From assembly GCF_009914755.1 (NCBI RefSeq), contig NC_060929.1: 64,000 nucleotides of DNA; one strand, 5' to 3'. Below, in pieces: positions 1 to 12,461 of this stretch. The notes under the pieces are model-generated. The model was not told the origin of the DNA. It ran no database searches and saw only the letters and a program-made list of their open reading frames with translations. How positions within the stretch are numbered: position 1 is the first letter of the stretch; each line of letters starts with the position of its first letter. The stretch comes from the human T2T-CHM13v2.0 reference genome, Homo sapiens. Both the position numbers and the translations under genes were made by a program.

Positions 1-1354
1 GACACACAAAAAGAGGTTTTGGGTGGCCACAAGTTTTTCTCATCTCCAAAACTGTCTTCCTTATTTGAGTTAACGGAACTGGCAGGAAGGATGAAAATAC
101 TGTGGACACACATCCTAGAGTGTGTCCTTAATTTTAGAACATTCGTGTGAACCCATTAAAAGCATTCTGTGAAAAATCTGATGAGTGAGCAGAGGAACTG
201 TGACATGATTATCTTTATTTCCTCAGGGAGCATAATCAAGGTTGCGAGGTCTGATTGAACTGAGGCTACCAACAACGCTTCTGTTCCATTTTAATACAAT
301 GGACCCAAATTGCTAAATTCTAACCAAGACCAAAGAGATGTGAAAGTTATTTGAAATGGACTAGTAGAGCATCTTTGTCTTACCCAAGACCTCAGTGTGC
401 ACATGTGGTTGCCATGAAAGCTAAGTGCTTTCATAAACAACCAGCTACCATGGGTAGGACCCTTATGAGAATCCAGCATCAGGTCAGATGACAACTGGCT
501 CAACAAGCAATTTAAACTGTTGCCCCTTGTGACTGTTTTGTCAGCTTTTCTCTGAAAGCAATGCTCATGGAGGACCTACAGAATGTTCCTCCTTAAATAA
601 TGACAAAGGGAGAGGTGAGAAGAAGAGGGCATGTCCACAATGGACAGAGCGTCACAGTAATTCATGCAGGCAGAGCAATGCAAAATGTTAACGACAAATA
701 GAATGCTTTAGGCTTTTAAATATTTTTTAAAAGGAGATGTTCTAGAAAAGGTCATAAACATTGCATATATATTATAACATCATTTGAAAATGCTTTTAAA
801 TAATTATTCTTTTTTTGTTAGGACAGTCTACATAAAGAAAAAAAGGAACAGAGAATAACATTCTATTTTTCTTTGAAAGAAAGCCTGTATACACCCTGAA
901 CCTAAACACGTACCATCACTGCAGATATTGGAAATAAAACACTATAGTTGTCTTTGGAAATAGAACTTGTAGCTTATGTTTTTAATGAGCTTTCGATATA
1001 TTTTAACGAAATGCGATTTTGTTCCATCTACTGTGTTATGAATAGAACAAACAGAACATGTTTATTTCCAAAATTTGTTTTATTGGTTCCTTGCGTTGCA
1101 CATGTTGAACTATCCAAGGACATTAATAATACAAATCTGACTGTTAATAACTAAATAACTGACTATAAAAATAAAGCAACTATAAAGTTCAATAAAAATG
1201 TGACTACAGAGGCAAACTCAACTGTCTTTAGAAATACCATTTACTGGAAATTTTATTGAAGTGAATGCAAAGGAAACAAAATGTTTTTAGTGCCCAGCAT
1301 GCATAAAATAATCCTTCAGTACAGGGGGTTAACCTGAAGGCAAATCTAGCTTCT

Positions 1355-1533
1355 CTTTTTTTATGAATAAAGTTTTATTGAAGCACAGCCATGTCGGTTC
1401 ATTTCTAAATTTTTTACATCTGCTTTTGTCCTATGAAGGAATAGCTGGGTATTAGTGACAGAGACTGTACAGCCCACAAACCATAAACAATTTACAAACT
1501 GTCCCCTTACAGAAAAATTTTGTCCAACTGTGC
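1355..1533. mobile_element. MER58A-like hAT-Charlie MITE (partial)
   Basis: AATAAAGTTTTATTGAAGCACAGCCA...ACAGAGACTGTACAGCCCACAAA...CCCCTTACAGAAAAATTTTG resembles the MER58A consensus. Confidence 0.7.
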
Positions 1534-2102
1534 TTTAGTGAATTTGACCATTTTATATACACTTTCATTTGTGCTTGTATTGCCATTAGTATCCTAAATT
1601 GAGTACACAAAAAGTGCTCAATGGTACACAGAAGGTGCTCAGAATATATTCTGATTTGGACTGATTTGAAATACTAGGAATATTAACATATGCATCTATC
1701 TTGTTTTAAATAAAACACAAAGCTGCTTATTCATCCATTGAGAAACGTTTTGCCAAAGTTTGGTAATCTAAATAATCAAAATGACTTCATTCATTTCCAG
1801 CCTCACAAAAATGTTAATTTTTAGAGTAAAATAATTGATTTTGCAGTTTTAAATAGTATATTAAAAAGAAATTAGTATCTACCCCAGTATTTGAGGATAA
1901 CTTTCAGGAATACCATGTTAAGACATTTGTGTCTGCTCTTCAAAGTATACAATGCGAAAATATAGGAACAAAATGTGCATTTTTTTCATTCCCAAATCCA
2001 GACTCAAAATACCAATATCTAAAAATTGAGGCTTATAAATGTTTTAAAATATGGGTGACATATTTTGCTGTATGGTATATATCCTTTAAAAACTAAATAG
2101 CA

Positions 2103-2508
<406 letters not shown>

Positions 2509-3117
2509 TTACAAACAGAAAAGAAATAGGGAAAGGGAGGAAGGAAATCAAAGAAAACCTAAAGGCCAAATCTAGTACCTGACAAGAAGTGAAAGAATGG
2601 AAAGGCAGATGCAGTCTGGAATATCTTTTTATAGGCTGTTCTATCTCCTTCACTTTTCCTTAATTAGTTAATTAGTGTAACCTAATTCAGAATCACGAAC
2701 AAACAGAAGTTCACATTCATTCCACCCTTCCAGGCTGTCTCCATCTGCGAGTCACATTCCAGTGAACTGATCACAGTACTTGATCCATATCTCTGAACCA
2801 TCTATCTCAATTTATAACTGCAATGCACAATGCTTCCTGGACTTATTACAACTGCAATGAATCTCTATCAAGCAACTTTATCACCTCTTGATGAAGTCTT
2901 GGTAAAGTGGATGGAACGCGGCAGATTTTCTTGAGGGGGAATTCAGCAAACCAGCTGCATGGGGTCGTCAAAATTTTGAGTTTTGGTTAGATTACCTGGA
3001 CATGAGACAGGTTTAAGCATAGAAGCAGCAGTTTCTGGAGACAACTGAGATGAAGATTTATATCATCTGGCAGGAGTTCAAGTGGGAAACAACTGGGAAT
3101 TCCACATCTTTCCTGCT

Positions 3118-3164
3118 ACACACACACACACACACACACACATACAGACACACACACACACACA
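3118..3164. repeat. (CA)n microsatellite, interrupted; reads (UG)n in the CTNND2 pre-mRNA
   Basis: Directly visible. Confidence 0.95.
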
Positions 3165-3286
3165 TGTCTTGACTGACGGAAGAGAGATTAGTGGAGAGAA
3201 CTGGACGTATCTAGGCATCCTCTGAACAAATGGAAAATAAATTTTTTGCTCAAACTTTTACTTCACTCCTCCCTCCCCTTTTCCAT

Positions 3287-3771
3287 AGTGGTTTAAAATA
3301 TGTCCACAAATTCTTGGACATTTCCTTCAAATGGTGGAGCCTAATTCTTCTCTCCATGAGTGGGGATTTGATTTAGTGACTCATTTGTGACCAATGAAAC
3401 ATGGTGGAAGTGACTGTGACTTGAGACTATGTCATTAAAAAGGCTTTGTGGCTCCCTCCAAACCCTCTCTCAGATTGTTATTTGAGGGGAAGCCAATTGT
3501 CATGCCATCATGAGGATCCTCAGGCAGCCTTATAGAGAGACCAGCATGGCAACGAACTAGGGCTTTCAGCCGAAATTTTGGAAGTGGATTTTCCAACCCC
3601 AACCAAGCCTTCGAATGACTGCAGCCTCATGACAGACCCTGAGCCAGGACCACCCAAATCTGTGGCTCCTACTTGTACTCCCTCACACTTAGACAGTGGG
3701 TGACATAAATGTTGGTTGTTTTAAGCTGCTAAATTGTGGAGTAATTTGTTATGCAGCAATAGACAATATAC
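3287..3771 (+). mobile_element. MLT1 (ERVL-MaLR) solo LTR, MLT1F/G/H-like
   Basis: Typical MLT1 3' end TTTTAAGCTGCTAAATTGTGGAGTAATTTGTTATGCAGCAATAGACAATA; internal GGAAGTGACTGTGACTTGAGAC. Confidence 0.75.
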
Positions 3772-4116
3772 CTTTCCTTTCCTATGAAGCTCCCACTCTC
3801 TCTGTTGCTTTCTTCTCTCTGCTTCACTTTCCTATCCCTTTGCCTTTCTACAATGGATGGACTCATTTTTCCCTCTCGCCTTCCCAGGACACTTTAATTC
3901 TTACTCCTCTCTTACCTAAATCCACTTGTTCCCTTATTCCTTCCAAATTCCAATGTGAGAGTATACAAGATATAGCAAGGATGATCCAGCTACACTTTGT
4001 AACTAAATTTAAAATGCATTTTAAGTGACAAGTATTTAATTTAAAAATATGTATCATTCTTCACGTTTGCAATTCAATAAGTGACCCAACACTTTCTTTA
4101 ATTTGGAATAATCCTG

Positions 4117-4570
4117 CTCTTATTTCCAACTGCTGCCTTAACAAATCACCACACAGGGGCTTGAAAAACACAAATTTATAGGTTTGTGTTTGGAGGGCTG
4201 GAGTCTGAAATGGGCTGGCAAGGCTGGCTCCTTCCAGAGGATCCCGGGGAAGATGTGTTTCCTCATCTTGTCAACCTCCTGGGGGCTGCCTGCATCGCAT
4301 TCCTTGGCTTGAGATCTTACATCCCTCTGATTTTGGCTTCCATCATCATATCTCCTTCCTGGACTCTGACCCTCCTACCTCCCTCTCATAAGGGCACTCT
4401 GATCACATTGAGCCCACCTGGATAATCCAGGATAATCTCCCCATTTGAAGCCCTCCTACCTTAGTCATACCTGCAAAGTTCCTTTCATCATGAAAAGTAA
4501 CATTTACAGGCTCTGGAAATTAGGGGGTGGGCTTTTTTTGCAGGGTAGGGACATTATTCAGTCTACTACG
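4117..4570 (-). mobile_element. MLT1C/D-like MaLR solo LTR
   Basis: TGCTGCCTTAACAAATCACCAC...GGATAATCCAGGATAATCTCCCCAT...ACATTATTCAGTCTACTAC is the reverse-strand MLT1 pattern. Confidence 0.75.
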
Positions 4571-4671
4571 TATCCCTTCAAAAATAACCTGTTATGCTTA
4601 AAATAAAATTAAACTTCCTATGGTAGCCTCATGATCAGGCCTTTCTCTAAATCTCTAAATTCATCTTGATC

Positions 4672-5225
4672 ACATTCATTCATTCATTTATCCATTCCAT
4701 AATATTAAGGACCTAGTACATGCATGGTTCTGTTTGACGTGGAGTGGAGACATCAGTGAAGAAAACAAAAAATCCCTGTGCTGGTGGGCCAGGTACCATA
4801 TAGCTCTAGTCACTGTGCTCCAGCCAAAATGGCCTGTTTCTTCTTGAACACACAAGCTCCTTTGTGTCGCAGATCCCTGGACTTGCTGCTGCCTCATTCT
4901 GGAACATTGTTTCCTAGATCTTTTCATGGCCAATACTTCTTCCATTCACGTCAACTTAAATGTGCTAAACTCAGAGAGGCTTTCCTGGATCAGTCTAGTC
5001 TACCTTCCCAGATGCTTGCTGTCAGATCTCCTATTTAATTTCAGCAGAAACCTCAACACTAACTCATTCTGTCATTTGATCACTGTTCCATCCTCCAACA
5101 GGGTCCCAGGCATAAAATGAAAGCAGACACTTGTCTGAATGCCCATCGTATGCAGAACACAGAGCTACAGAATCCCTGGCATACAGAATATGCCCTGACA
5201 AACATGAACCAAACAAGCACTAAAG
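4672..5225. mobile_element. L2 fragments in both orientations
   Basis: (CATT)n L2 tail at about 4672, followed by CTGGAACATTGTTTCC...CTCAGAGAGGCTTTCCTG...CCTGGCATACAG L2 3' motifs. Confidence 0.55.
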
Positions 5226-6392
5226 AAAAATAAAAAATAACAGCTGGATGGTATGATCTTATAGGATGCCATGTGCTGTAAGCATCGAAACTTCTGTAAG
5301 TATTATAGCGTTAGCAAAATGACGTCATGCCTAGAGAAAATAAAACAGCAGCTGCAAGATGTAATTTCACAAATAATAAATCCAAACAAGAATAGAAAAA
5401 TGTTATTTAAGTGGGATTATTTACTTTGAATCTACAGAAATTCCATTTTTAGCTAGTAGAGAAAAATTTATAGCACTGAAACATATTAATCTGCTTTGTA
5501 TTAAAAGGCTTATCTCTGGTGCTTCATTTGGGTAATTTTCTTATATTAACTCCCTGATAATTCTAAATTAGCCCAGGTAATACTAAAATTTCAATCTGAG
5601 GAAAAACTATAAAACTGATGGGATTCACACCAATTTTCAGCATTCATAACAAATTACCCTGTTTGTTTATATCTGAGGATAACATGAAAAATGGTTTAAT
5701 ATTTTGGTTGATGGTCACTAGAAAATTTAAATTTCCCTGATGAAAATATGCTAATTCCTTCCAGATTATAATCTGTGACAAATTTGTTTTATTAGCATCT
5801 TTCTTTTATTATTTCCATCCAATAGCTTTCCTTTATCAGTGTAAAATTATTGCTGTTCCAAATATAATTTTGAAAGTTTAATTGCGAAGACATTTACGTA
5901 TACTAAAGATATTTAAAAATATAGTTTATTTTTATTTCAGGCACAGAATGGCTCTTTTCCTTGATATTATCCATATTCATGAGCAATGATTGGTTTAATA
6001 AAAATTCCTTAATAAAACCTTAATTACTTTCATTTGCTTCTTTATAATGCTTTAATACAGGGTAATTGTAGTTTCTTTTTACTGAAAGAGATGAAGACTA
6101 TCTTGGTTAAAAAAACCCCAGATGAACAAAAAGAATGTTTTAATAAAAGCAAGTTTTAAATGATGGTAGAATCAAACACTGCCTGGTGGCTATGCAGGAC
6201 TTTACGACAGCCCACTGGCTTGCTTTCAGCTCTTTAGACGTAGCATGAATCCTCTCATGTGGGTGAGGCTCAAACCAAGCCCAAAGGAAAGCTGGGCTTC
6301 ATTCATTTTAAATAAATGTTTATAAAAATGTATTTAAAATTAATTAGTGAATTAAGGCATCTACTTAGTGTATTTATGAGGATTTATTTTAA

Positions 6393-6777
<385 letters not shown>

Positions 6778-7927
6778 AAAAAAAGTTCATTTTTTAAAAA
6801 AACCAGAGTTAGGCTTGGTTGATGGTGGGAGTGGGAGGGGGAGGGGTATAAAGGGGCTGTCACCACTACCTCCTCCACCCACACCCATTCACACTTTGAG
6901 TCCCTAGTGTGTGGAGGTTGAATGATTAAAATATAGAGGCCCAGGACGCCCTGAAGTCCTGTTATACTATTGTGTGTGTGCATCTGCTATACAAACGAGT
7001 ATTTGGATGCATATAAACTCTCAATATGGCCCCGAGAAGCAATAACCCTCTGGAGTGGCTGCTAATGGAGATCATTTTGAGAGTCCTTCTAGATGGAAAA
7101 CATTCCTATACCACACTCACTGAATGCTTTTAAAAAATTAAAGCGTTTATCTTGAGTCGATGTTAGATAGAGTTTACCAAATGTTGCTGTAATAACAGCT
7201 CCTTAGGCCAAGGCTTCTTGTAGGAGTCCCAGGGGTTGGTTGGCCACAACAAATGACCTCTACGTTTTCCTCTTTAATATTCCAGAAGAGGAACCTGCTG
7301 TTGCCTTTGCAGTGGGGATTACACAAAGGTCGATTCTTTTAGAATTTCAACAGGCTGAATCATCATTCTAGGCTGAGTCTCAGAGAGCCGGCAATGGGAA
7401 GAAAGGGCCTCTGAGGCTGATAGGCGTGGGAGGTGAAGAGAGAGAATTGGAGTGCCATGGTCCATAACACCGTAAACTCTCATTCTACAGTTGCCACATA
7501 ACGCTTCAGGTCCAAATACAGAATTTTTTAAACAGAATCACTTAGGCACAAATATTGAGAATTAGGTAGAATTATTCTTGCTCATTTTCAAAATACATAC
7601 AAAATTTATTTAGCCCCAGAATGGATGAAGAATGAGTTGTCCTTGACATTTGAAAGTAATTCAGATCTTTGCTGTTGCATACAAGGCAAATTCTGGCTTA
7701 AACTGACTAAATTTACCTGGGTCTCCATGCAATGTTTTAAATCTGCAGATTCTAAAACAATTTTGTTATAAGATACAGCCATCAATACTAAGGTACTGTC
7801 TTGTTCGAAGCCAAAACTGATCCCAGCAACATTCTGATGTTCAAATTTCAGTACCAGCAGCAAACATTAAAAGTTTAGATCAAGATGATAAACATTTAGA
7901 TGGCAAGAAGCCAGAAGTCATATTCAC

Positions 7928-8236
7928 TTTTTTTTTTTTTTTTTCAGACAGAGTCTCACTCTGTTGCCCAGGTTAGAGTGCAGCGGCGTGATCATGGCTC
8001 ACATGGCTCACTGTAGCCTCAACCTCCTGAGCCCAAGTGATCCTCCCACCTCCGCCACTTGAGTAGCTAGGACTTCATGCACGTGCTACCATACCTGACT
8101 TTTTTTTTTTTTTTTTGGTAGAGACAAGGTCTTACTATGTTGTTCAGCCAGGTCTAGAATTCCTGGACTCAAGTGATCCTGCCGCCTCAGCCTCCCAAAG
8201 TGCTGGGATTACAGGCAGGAGCCACTATGCCTGACC
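7928..8236 (-). mobile_element. AluJ-type with internal 9-bp tandem duplication (CATGGCTCA x2, 7993-8010)
   Basis: J-type GTAGCCTCAACCTCCTG...AAGTGATCCTCCCACCTC; poly-T at the start and in the linker. Confidence 0.92.
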
Positions 8237-9198
8237 CTCACCTAAATTTTTGATTAGTTTAAAAAATAACCTTCACTTTTGTTTTCAGAGCCTGAATTAA
8301 TTTTATTTAAAATCAGTTAATATTACAGACAAAAGACTATAATTGACTGATTTTTTTAAAAATGAAAATCAAAACTCAGATGTATCTATGATCTCTCTTT
8401 TCATTCTAAAATGGAGTATACATATCCTAGTTTCTTTAGAATTCTTCTATTAGATGTTTACCAAAAAGGCACAACAGATCAGGCTCTATTAATGGAAAAT
8501 GATGCCTGTCCCAAACTGGATGCCTATCTGCAACTGGCAATGCAGCTACTACAAGAAGTAGAAAGCTCTTCACACAGTAGTTTTTTTAAGTAATTATAAT
8601 TGAAAATAATTTGTATGTCAGTGTTTGGTAGTGGCCATCTGTAAAAGTCATGGGTTCATCTTTGATCACAGCATTTTATAAATGAACCATAGAATTTCAT
8701 ATTTCTCAGGCCCCAAGAGATCAACAGTTAGGAATACAAAATTAGGCTTGCTTAGAACTATAGCCTTCCTCAATGACCTTGGGTGTGCAAGAACTTTGAA
8801 AAAATGTCACCAAAGCACCAAGGCTGAGTTGTATAATCTCTGGAAAGTGGTCCTGGAACTTTTTTCCTAAAAGTTATGACAGTTAAAGACTATACTCTTT
8901 TATCTGACAGCTGTCATATTCTTCTATGTGTAAAATGATTTCTTATACTTTGTTGTGTTTCTTGGTAGTTTTGTGCCCTGAATTACATACATTAAATAAA
9001 GTAACTTAAGTTTGACTTTTCAATAAATAGCATAATGAGGAAGAGGAGAGAGAGAAAGTGAAAGAGAGAGAGAGAGAGATTTAAAGACAAAATACCCCCA
9101 CTATCTGATTAAAAAAAAGTAAATGCAGGAGGTGAAATCACCATAATTTTTGGCCCTGGGTTAAACGATACTGGGACAGATACATTTTCCTATCCCTG

Positions 9199-9597
9199 TG
9201 TTAGACCATGCTGAGACTGATCAAAAATAATTTAAGTGCTTGCTCTAGGAAACACTCGCCTGTGAATGTTTAGGCTGTGAACTAGAGAGCTGGCTTATCA
9301 AGAGTAATAGTTTGCTCATCATGACCCATTTCAAGACCCTCCCCTCACTGTGCTACTAGTTAAAACTCTGCCCAATCCCCATGGTTCCCCACCTTGCAAT
9401 ACCCACCTTAAAATCTCCCAGCCAAGGACCTACAGCCTTATAAATACCCTGCCTTCATTTTCCCTTTTGACACTAAGACTCTTTCAAGGGAGCATTTTAG
9501 ATCCACTGCAGTGAGGGAGGATACTTACTGCAGTATGTCTAACAAACCCAGCTTTGCTGATCAATGGGTTTTTATGGTAGTCTTTGGGGAGCTGACA
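9199..9597 (+). mobile_element. ERV1-class solo LTR (MER31/MER67-like)
   Basis: TG...CA termini, internal TATAAATA, and 3' end AACAAACCCAGCTTTGCTGATCAATGGGTT...TTTGGGGAGCTGACA. Confidence 0.55.
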
Positions 9598-10214
9598 GCT
9601 GACAAACCATATAAATTACTGAAAATGGGTGGATGGCTAATGTCATCTTTGGTAAAAAATAGAGTCTGGCAAATTCTTGAATATTCAGGGGATCCATTAT
9701 CCATAAATTCATCACCTTATCTCTATGCATGGAACAAAGGGTATTGAGCTGTTTACAGTTCCATTAAGTACTATAACCCAGAAGTTACACAGCCAGCACA
9801 CATCTTGGCAAGGCCCCTAGCTGCCATTCCAAACTCTCTGGGTCTCGAGTGAGCATGCATATATAACCTCTTACAAAGATAGAGACGGCTATTGCCTTGG
9901 GGTTTCTTTTTTTATAATATAGGTAGCACATCTACCTCATAGGTCCTGTTGATGTCAACATAAGCGCGCTAATTGAATTTGTGGACGCTTGCTTATCCAA
10001 GAGTCCCCGGATTGGAGACCCTGTTATGCACTGGGGCCACTTTAAAGAGCATCTTGGGTTCTACGGCTTTCAAAGAAAAGCAAAGCAACCTTGATGAAGA
10101 TATGGTGGCAGAGTAAAAAGAGCAACAGCTTTTTCACAGAGCATCACTGAACTACATGTCCAAAACAAGACCACATTGAAAAAAACACAACACAAATTGT
10201 AGCCGAAAATATCT

Positions 10215-10400
10215 AACATCTTTGAGTTCTTGTCATGCACTAGGATTTTTGTTAATCACCTGCATGTATTAACTTGTGTAAACCTTCAACCAAGTCCATT
10301 TTACAGATGAGGAAACTGAGACACAGAAAAGTTGAGTTACCTGTCAAAGTCATTCAACTTTTGGGGAAAATGAAGGTCAGATAAGAGTCTGACTGTGATG
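10215..10400 (-). mobile_element. MIR
   Basis: Core CCATTTTACAGATGAGGAAACTGAGACACAGA. Confidence 0.8.
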
Positions 10401-10607
10401 CATATGAACAATCAGATAAACGTCAGACACATAAATTTGCTATTTGAATTGGAGGGAAGAGATGTGGCGTGCTATCCTTTCAAGCAGAATATATGAACAC
10501 AAGAGAATGTTCTGCTTTTCATCTTTTGCCAGTTCCCTTTTCGCCCAGGTAATGTAGCTTGAGAAATTTAAAGAAGGCATTTGAGTTCACAGAAGGAAGA
10601 ACATTCA

Positions 10608-10715
10608 GTTTTATATGTTTTTAACTGACAGATACAATTGTATGTATGTATCTTCATACAACATGATATTTTGAAGTATATACACGTTGTGTAATGATTA
10701 ACCATAGTTAATTAA
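10608..10715 (-). mobile_element. L1MA 3' terminal fragment
   Basis: TTTTAACTGACAGATACAATTGTATGTAT...ACAACATGATATTTTGAAGTATATACACGTTGTGTAATG. Confidence 0.65.
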
Positions 10716-10792
10716 AAAGAACTTTCAGCTTTGAAACTACTTTTACAACTAATTTTTCTTGCAAGCATTTAATTCTGCCGACCTCTACTAAA

Positions 10793-10835
10793 ACACACAT
10801 ACACACACATACACACACACATACACACACACACA
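10793..10835. repeat. (CA)n/(CATA) microsatellite; UG-rich in the pre-mRNA
   Basis: Directly visible. Confidence 0.95.
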
Positions 10836-10974
10836 GCTACAACCTTCTGTGGGAAGCATGGAAGAAACATCAGATTGAGATTTGGGGTAATCAAAAAACC
10901 CAATTGTTCATCTATTCACCACACTAATTTCATGACTAGATCTTTTTTTCAGTTACATCAAAATTGTCTGATAC

Positions 10975-11339
10975 TGTATTAGTCCATTTTCATACTGCTA
11001 TGAAGAAATACCTGAGACTGGGTAATTTATAAAGAAACAGAGATTTAATGGACTTACAATTCCACGTGGCTGAGGAGGCCTCACAACCATGGGAGAAGAC
11101 GAAGGAGGAGCAAAGGGTCGTATAACATGGTGGCAGGCAAGAGAATCACGTGCAGGGGAACTGCCCTTTATAAAACCATCAGCTCTTGGGAGACTTATTC
11201 ACTATCATGAGAACAGTATGGGAAAAACCTGCTCCCACGATTCAATTACCTCCCATGGGGTCCCTCCCATGACATGTGGGGATTCTGGGAGCTACAATTC
11301 AAGAAGAGATTTGGGTGGGGACAGAGCCAAACTATATCA
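10975..11339 (-). mobile_element. THE1 (THE1C/D-like) MaLR solo LTR, same orientation as CTNND2
   Basis: TGTATTAGTCCATTTTCATACTGCT...GCCAAACTATATCA; perfect 5-bp TSD GATAC at 10970-10974 and 11340-11344. Confidence 0.93.
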
Positions 11340-12252
11340 GATACTGTTGCTCTATCATAATAATGTCACTGATGATCATGAGCCCTCATTTCCTGAGACA
11401 TTACCATGTCACATGCACTATTTAATTAAATCCTGACCACAACCTTAGAAGAGGGGTACTGATCTGTGAAGGAAACCAAAGGCTAAAGTGGTTACAGAAA
11501 TCTCCCATGGACAGGTAATGAATGAGAGAGAGAGCTGGGGTATAAACACAGGCTCTCACACTTCCAATTATATTGTTTCTTACAGACATTCTAATAAGAG
11601 ATTATTTTTCATGGAAAATATGCTATCACTGGATAATAATATTAACACTCATCTTTAATTTCTGCTGATCATGCTCAAATTTATATTTCTGAGTTTCATT
11701 TCTATAATTCTGAATGTGAACATTTATTACTGCATATTTTCCTCCAAACATATTCTCTTCTTCCTTTTGGTTTTTCAGCAGGTATTTTGTGAATGCCTGT
11801 TGAGACAAGACATTGCTAGGTACTCTAAGGAATACGCAGTAAATTAGTAAGAGTCCACTTGGGGAGACCAAATTACACTTGCCCAGGGAAAAATAAAACA
11901 CATTTTATAGAGTTGTAGATGCTAAAGTCCATCAACTGTCAGAGGTGGTGTGTCATGAAAATTCTGACAGTGAAAAGTCACCATGGGAGGGCATCACGGA
12001 AGGTTCTATGGGAGAGGGAGGTCTTCACTGGCCCCTGAAGAACGAGCAGAATTAGCCAGAATGAGAGAAAACATTCAGGTATCAAGAAAAAGTGAGCAAA
12101 GGCTTACAGATAAGAAAGGGTGATGGATAACAATCCTAAAGACCGTGGGCCTAATTGTAGAGTAGATGCCACCTAAAATATTAATTGAGTAAAAAAGTTC
12201 AACAACAAAATTATACTTACATTCGGACAATTGTGGTCTTACACTAGAATAG

Positions 12253-12318
12253 TATTAGGTCGGTGCAAAAGTAATTAAAAACAATGACAAAAATGGCAAT
12301 TACTTTCGCGCCATAATA
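12253..12318. mobile_element. MADE1 (Hsmar1-derived MITE), internally deleted
   Basis: TA-flanked TTAGGTCGGTGCAAAAGTAATT ... GCAATTACTTTCGCGCCA inverted termini. Confidence 0.85.
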
Positions 12319-12319
12319 T

Positions 12320-12461
12320 TTCTCATGTGATCCACCTGGGGGGCATTAAGAAAGATACCGATGCACTAGCTTCACCTCTGGAAAATCTGGAAAGTGATCT
12401 GGGGTGGGTCCTGCTACCTAAGAATTTTTTTTAAAAAGTAGCCAGAGTGAGGGACCACTGG
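12320..12461. mobile_element. MER5-like hAT MITE
   Basis: CACCTGGGGGGCATTAAGAAAGATACCGATGC...TCTGGGGTGGGTCC...GGGACCACTG. Confidence 0.5.

Noticed and set aside
1603-1641. GTACACA(A/G)AA(A/G)GTGCTCA tandem copy, also matching a 17-mer near 38187
   Set aside because: Resembles the decayed L2/MIR 3' motif and is too short to be significant.
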